Assembly (NCBI GenBank): GCA_004431415.1
Contig: QPMI01000045.1
Coordinates: forward strand, 1 to 25,205
DNA length: 25,205 bases
Direction of reading: 5' to 3'
Origin: Cyanophora paradoxa CCMP329
Taxonomy: Eukaryota > Plantae > Glaucophyta
Of this stretch, positions 20,443-25,205 are shown piece after piece (positions within the stretch are counted from its first letter, which is position 1; every line of letters begins with the position of its first letter). The position numbers were made by a program, and so were the translations under genes. The notes below the pieces were generated by a model that saw nothing but the letters and a program-made list of their open reading frames with translations, was not told where the DNA came from and made no database searches.

Positions 20443-20728
20443 AAGAGCCCCCTACGCTACCTGTCCTATCCCTCTAGCTACAAAGCGAAAACGAAAGTGA
20501 TCCAACCTACACCTGCTCTAGAGTCGCTAGAGTAAACCCGACCCGGTACGCCTTCCGCCCCCGAGCGGGGCGGCGGCAGTCACGCGGCAACAGCATCCTC
20601 GTCCTCGATCTCGAGGCGACCGCCCCCGCGCCGCCCAACAACTCCAACCGCTCGCCGACGGCCGGCTCGAGCCCTCGCTCCGTTGCCGCTTGAGCGTCGG
20701 CGAGCCGTCCCTGTGCGCCGAGCGGTGG

Positions 20729-22553
20729 TTAGCAGGAGGCGCGTCGGAGCGACGGGAACGTTAACATGGTGCACCGCTTGGTCTGCTCTCCTTCCCCGCC
20801 CCGCCCGCAACCCCGCACCCGACCTGCCGGCGCCGCCCGGTGAGCCCCGTGCGCGGCCTCGCTCGTTGGTGGGGCGGGCGAGGCTTTTGCGGGGGCAGGA
20901 GCGGAAGCGCACCAGAGCGCGCGGAGGTCGGCGTCGGACATCTCGAGCCACCGCTTCGCCCCCGACTGCCGCTTCCTGGCCGACGCGTGAGGCCGAGACG
21001 GGGCCCACCGCCCGCGGGGCGGGCGGCCGGGTGGGCGCTCACGGGTCCGGCGGGGCCAGCCGAGGCGGCGGGCGACGAGACGGCCAGGGCGCAGACGGCG
21101 TCGCGGTCCATTGACGCCAGCGTCGCCGCCGGCGCCTCGCCGGGCAGGTGGCGCAGGGCGTAGCCTCGAAGGTCGTCCGTGTTGCGCTTGAAAAAGGTCC
21201 TGGAGGCAAACGCCCGCTTCCTGCACGCGGGCGGCCGTCGGAAGGGCGAGAGAGCCGCGCGGCCGCGCGCACGCGGGGGGAGGAGGGACGCACGCCAGCT
21301 GGACGTCGACGACCGTCCCCTCGTCGCCCTCGGCGGACCTGCACAAAAACTCCAGGGCGTCGGCGGGCGCCGCGCTGCCGCCCGAAGAGCGCGCGGGGCG
21401 GAGGCGCACATTTCGAGAAAGAGCGCCGGGTTCGGATCGCTGCCCCGCACGCCGTCAGCCAGCGGCCACCGGGCGCGCGCCCGCGCCGCGGGCCCGGGGG
21501 CGCGCGCACCAGTGGGAGACGTCGAGTTCGCGCTCCCTGCAGAGGCGCGCGGCGAGGGTGCGGAGGGAGGCGAGGTCGCGCAGCCCCGCCGCCTGCTCCT
21601 CGGCGCCGAGCGAGGCCAGGAGCCTCAGCAGCCGCGAGCAATCCCGAAAGGCGTCGCTCCTGACGGCCGCCGGCCGCGCGCTGCGAGGCGGGCCGGTTGG
21701 GCCGATCGGCCGGGCGCCGGGCGCTCCTCGGCGGGATGCGGGCCGCACCTGGGACCGGAGAGGGACGTGGACGGCTCGGCGTCCGCGGGGGCGGCGAGGT
21801 GGCAGGCGGCCCGATGCCGCCGGCCGGCGGGCGCGGCGTCCACGCGTCGGGCTCGAGGATGTGGCGCACGGCCGCGCGCTCGATCGTCCGGGCCGTGCGG
21901 AAGATCCGGTCCATCGAGAGGCAGCGCTGCAGGAGCGCCGCCTCCGTGAAGACGTGCTTCCTGGAGGCGCACGCGGGGCACCACACGCCCGGCGGCGCGA
22001 GCGCCAGCTCGCCGATGCCGGCGACCAGCGCCGTCCCGCGCGCATCTCGGCGAGCGCCCGCAGCACGGCCGGCACCAGCAGGGCGCGGCAGGCTGCGCGG
22101 ACGCGCGGCGCCCGGCCCGGGCGGCACGCGTCAGCGGCGCCACCGAGAACGAGCGCGCGGCAGGAGATCTAGAGGCGCGGGGTCGGGCGCGACGCGGCGC
22201 ACCGAGGTCAAGGGCCGACTCCAGGACGACGGCACACGCGGCGCGTTGGCGGGCAGCGAGCCCGTCGCCGCGCTCCTGCCGCATCGGAGGTCGATCACAG
22301 CACGCCGGGCAATCGCTCCGACTCGCGGTTTGCGCACCGAGCCCGCGCCGACCATAGCTGCGATCCATTGGACGGAGCGGGCGTGCGCCTCGATCACCCG
22401 GTCGCCGTCCGAGGCTTCCTCGACGGATTCCAGCCCGAGGAGGGCCACGGGGTCGCCCAGCCCCGGGCCCCAGCAGTTGGCCGGGGGCACATCAATTACC
22501 CTTAAAAAAGCTTTTTTTGCCACAGTAGGGACACGCATCTTGGCAAGCAGCAC
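20729..22553 (-). CDS. Hypothetical multi-exon protein, frameshifted
   Basis: Protein-like blocks (..AFLRVIDVPPANCWGPGLGDPVALLGLES.., VWCPACASRKHVFTEAALLQRCLSMDRIFR, AFRDCSRLLRLLASL, FFKRNTDDLRGYALRHL, KRWLEMSDADLRAL) are separated by GTGCGC/GTGAGC...CTGAC...CAG introns. The ends are approximate and no family was recognised. Confidence 0.5.
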
Positions 22554-24014
22554 CCGCTCGGCCTCCGGACGTGAGCGCCGGCGCGATCATCTCCCTAGCC
22601 CTCCAGCGTTGCTAAACGAACCGTGCGCTTCGCTGCGCCAGGTCCTTCGTCGCCAACGCACAGGCATCGCGCCCGCATCGGGCGGGCGTTGCGCACCCGC
22701 GCGGGGCGGGCCGCACCAACCTCTCCGATTTCGGTCGGTCACAGCGAAAAGCACGTGCGTCGTGCGCCAGCCCCAGGCGCCGGCCCCGGACCACCACTCG
22801 CAAGCTGACGATAGGCGGCGATCGGGCGGCAGAGTCGAGGCAGCGAGTCGAAGCACCCGTATCGGCTGCAGGACCATCGTGCTCGACCGCCTGCCGGTGC
22901 GCGGGCCCCGCGCCGCGCTCTTGCCCGACCGGGCGGCCGCCGCGGCGCCGGCGCGCGGGGGGCGTGCTTCCGCGCGCTGCGGCGGCGCGGATCCGGATCG
23001 GCGATCGTGCCCTTATGAACGCGCTCTCAGGTCTGCGCTGCCGCAGGCAGGCCGCCGCCGGTCCAGCGGGCGCTTTGCCGTCCGACGAGCTCGAGGTGCG
23101 TGCGGACACGAGCCGCGAGCCTAGAGGGCGCTAGCGCTAGCCGTGGCTGCAGGGCCGGCGCCCGCGGCCACCCTATCTGGCCGCTTCGTGCACTAACGCA
23201 GACCTCGGGAAAGACAGGCCCGGCGGCGCGGATCCTGGGGGGGGGTACGCGTGCACACCGCGAATCCAATCCTAGCTCGACCTAGCTCAATTGCTGTGCA
23301 GCTTCGCTGAGGTGCATACATACATCTATGCAAATACACATATATACATATCACGATTTCTTCGTCGAATGAAATTAACCTCGCATTATCTGATCTCAGT
23401 GGAGCCGCTGATCATGAGCGGAAATTCGGTCACGGAGTCAGCTCGGCCAACTTTTTCACGATGAAGAAAGCAGATATCGACATGTACGCATCTTCAGAGT
23501 TAGAGTCGGAGATGGGTTGCAACTCGTAATTGGAGAAGAGTCCCACTCGATCCGTTTGTGAGTGCATTCGTTTCGATTTCCACATTTCAGTTCCATGTCT
23601 CTAGCCGTAGCTAGATATAGATCTACCTAGACTAGTACTGTTCACCGGGATATAAGGCCGAACCACACCGTTTTTTTGTCACGTGCATGCATTTCCGGCC
23701 TGAATTCGTGCTCTTGTCGATAATTTTTATGATGTTAATGCATTTGACAAAATCCCACGAATCTCACTGCCCCTGATCTATTTTTTCAAAAAGGCGGTCA
23801 ACATCTGATCTAAATTTGCTCATAGCTCGCGATCGCATATATACGCGTACGCACACGTAAATATATAAAAAGGTACACGTTACGTAATAACTGACGGCCG
23901 GCGTCTTTTTTCACAGGAGCCGCCGTTCCAGCTTCGCAACTTCAGAGCCGGCTCCATCCCGCTGATCAAAAGTCGTTCACTGAAGAAGTTTCGTCGAATG
24001 CACCGCAGTCAAGC

Positions 24015-24658
24015 ATGGACGCGTACGGTGGCGAAGCCAAAGCTCGTCATGATCAGGTCATCGAGCGCATCATCGACCAGTTCGCACAGGAAGTGGTATA
24101 CCTCGGAGTGCCCAACGATGCGCCCAGCTCCGCGGTGGACGACGAGCTTCGCAGCATTGTTGGGGCAAAGAGTCGCCTCTTTCGCTCTCTGGTTCTTCGA
24201 ATTTCACGTTACGATTATCGTGACAAGATCAACCTCGACAAGCCCAGGATCCCGACGACGAGGACGCTTTGAAGGAAGCTCTCGTGTCCTCCATCTCCTC
24301 GACAGCTGAGGAAGACTTGAACAAAGCGCTGAGGGGCTGGTGTCGTCAGTGGAAGGAATCCGGATCGGCCTTCGGCCTCCTTGTCGTTCCGTTGAGCCAT
24401 TGCATCAAGGTTTTCACAGCTCTTCTGGACACAAGAATGCGAGGAGCTCGGATCGACTCTCTCCAAGCGAAGGACACACTCTTCCACGCCGTGTACACGT
24501 CAGTCGAAGCGCTTCCAAATCGCCAGTCCAGCCTACACCCAGCCTCAAAGCCTCAAGCGGTGATCGTGTCTGGTCGCTTGGGAACCAAATACGAGGACGA
24601 TGCGGTAACGCTGTCGTACCTTTTGAGCATTCTGGGTGCTCTTGATCATGATCAGTAA
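24015..24658 (+). CDS. Hypothetical intronless protein with one frameshift near 24245
   Basis: ORFs 24015-24272 and 24269-24658 join as ..RDKINLDK/PQDPDDEDALKEALVSS... The amino-acid composition is normal, and a TATATAAAA lies at about 23862-23870. Confidence 0.5.
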
Positions 24659-24712
24659 GCGCCCTTTGCTTCTTCATGCACAAACAGCTAATATATATAA
24701 AGATGTAATATG

Positions 24713-25117
24713 CTACATTTTCTGATCTACCTCTGCCGTATCAGATTCATGAATCAAGGCGCAACTGGAAGCAAAGATCAAGGCCCATTTTCTCAAGATC
24801 AAACAACCGAGACGAAGTTCGCCGGGCTGAAACGGTACGCTACCCACGTACAACTGATATACAATTGCAATTCTTTGCTTCCCACGGCAAGGACTGATCG
24901 TAACTTCATCGATCAGGTAACTGCAACGAGTGTCGTCGACGTCTGCATCACTCGGGCGGACAGGGTCTCGGGTCTCTTTTACTCGAGAACCTCGGTTTGA
25001 CATCATGGCCCGGCAATCTGAGGCGCTGACGGCTCTTGTGATGTCCGGGAGCTCAAATTGCATCTCAACTATTCCGGCTCCCGCTCGAGCGCAGAAGACC
25101 TGTTTCCTTCGGAGCAA
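24713..25117 (-). CDS. Hypothetical protein, probably the 3' part of a gene extending beyond the window
   Basis: 134-codon ORF with globular-like composition, convergent with 24015-24658 across a short AT-rich spacer. No family recognised. Confidence 0.3.
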   Translation of the reverse strand: MLRRKQVFCARAGAGIVEMQFELPDITRAVSASDCRAMMSNRGSRVKETRDPVRPSDADVDDTRCSYLIDEVTISPCRGKQRIAIVYQLYVGSVPFQPGELRLGCLILRKWALIFASSCALIHESDTAEVDQKM

Positions 25118-25205
25118 CTGTCAAACTGTCAACTTGGAGAATCTGTCCATCAAATGGCACAATCCGCATCTCAACTCTCTCCCCTCCGGACTAACGAAAC
25201 TCGAT

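Noticed and set aside
1-25205. rRNA/tRNA genes or prokaryotic operon structure
   Set aside because: No recognisable RNA-gene signature. Spliceosomal introns and histone H3 indicate a eukaryotic nuclear context.

Overview
Very GC-rich eukaryotic DNA (alga/protist-like) with short spliceosomal introns (GTGCGC/GTGAGC and some GC donors, CTGAC/CTCAC branch points, CAG acceptors). The supplied ORF track is therefore mostly shadow ORFs, and the genes had to be reconstructed by hand across introns and single-base frameshifts, many of which lie in homopolymer runs. Reconstructed genes, in order: a partial TFIIB-like cyclin-fold gene; a Cys-rich hypothetical gene; a possible HIRAN-like gene; an SLX1-type GIY-YIG nuclease; a ~5 kb multi-exon gene fusing a Ulp1/SENP-type (CE-clan) protease to a tyrosine recombinase; an intronless Skp1/BTB-like gene; a multi-exon TET/JBP-type 2OG-Fe(II) dioxygenase; a 7-exon histone H3 variant with a canonical-type tail but CenH3-like fold features; and several unknown genes. 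Two tandem pairs of a ~230 bp repeat bracket the Skp1/TET/H3 segment in inverted orientation, and five genes share a TAAATA motif just upstream of the ATG. The best hypothesis is a large, intron-bearing mobile element or endogenised virus mobilised by a tyrosine recombinase and carrying a chromatin and transcription toolkit. No capsid, DNA polymerase or packaging ATPase gene, RNA gene or CRISPR array was recognised. All family calls come from motif recognition by eye, with no database searches.
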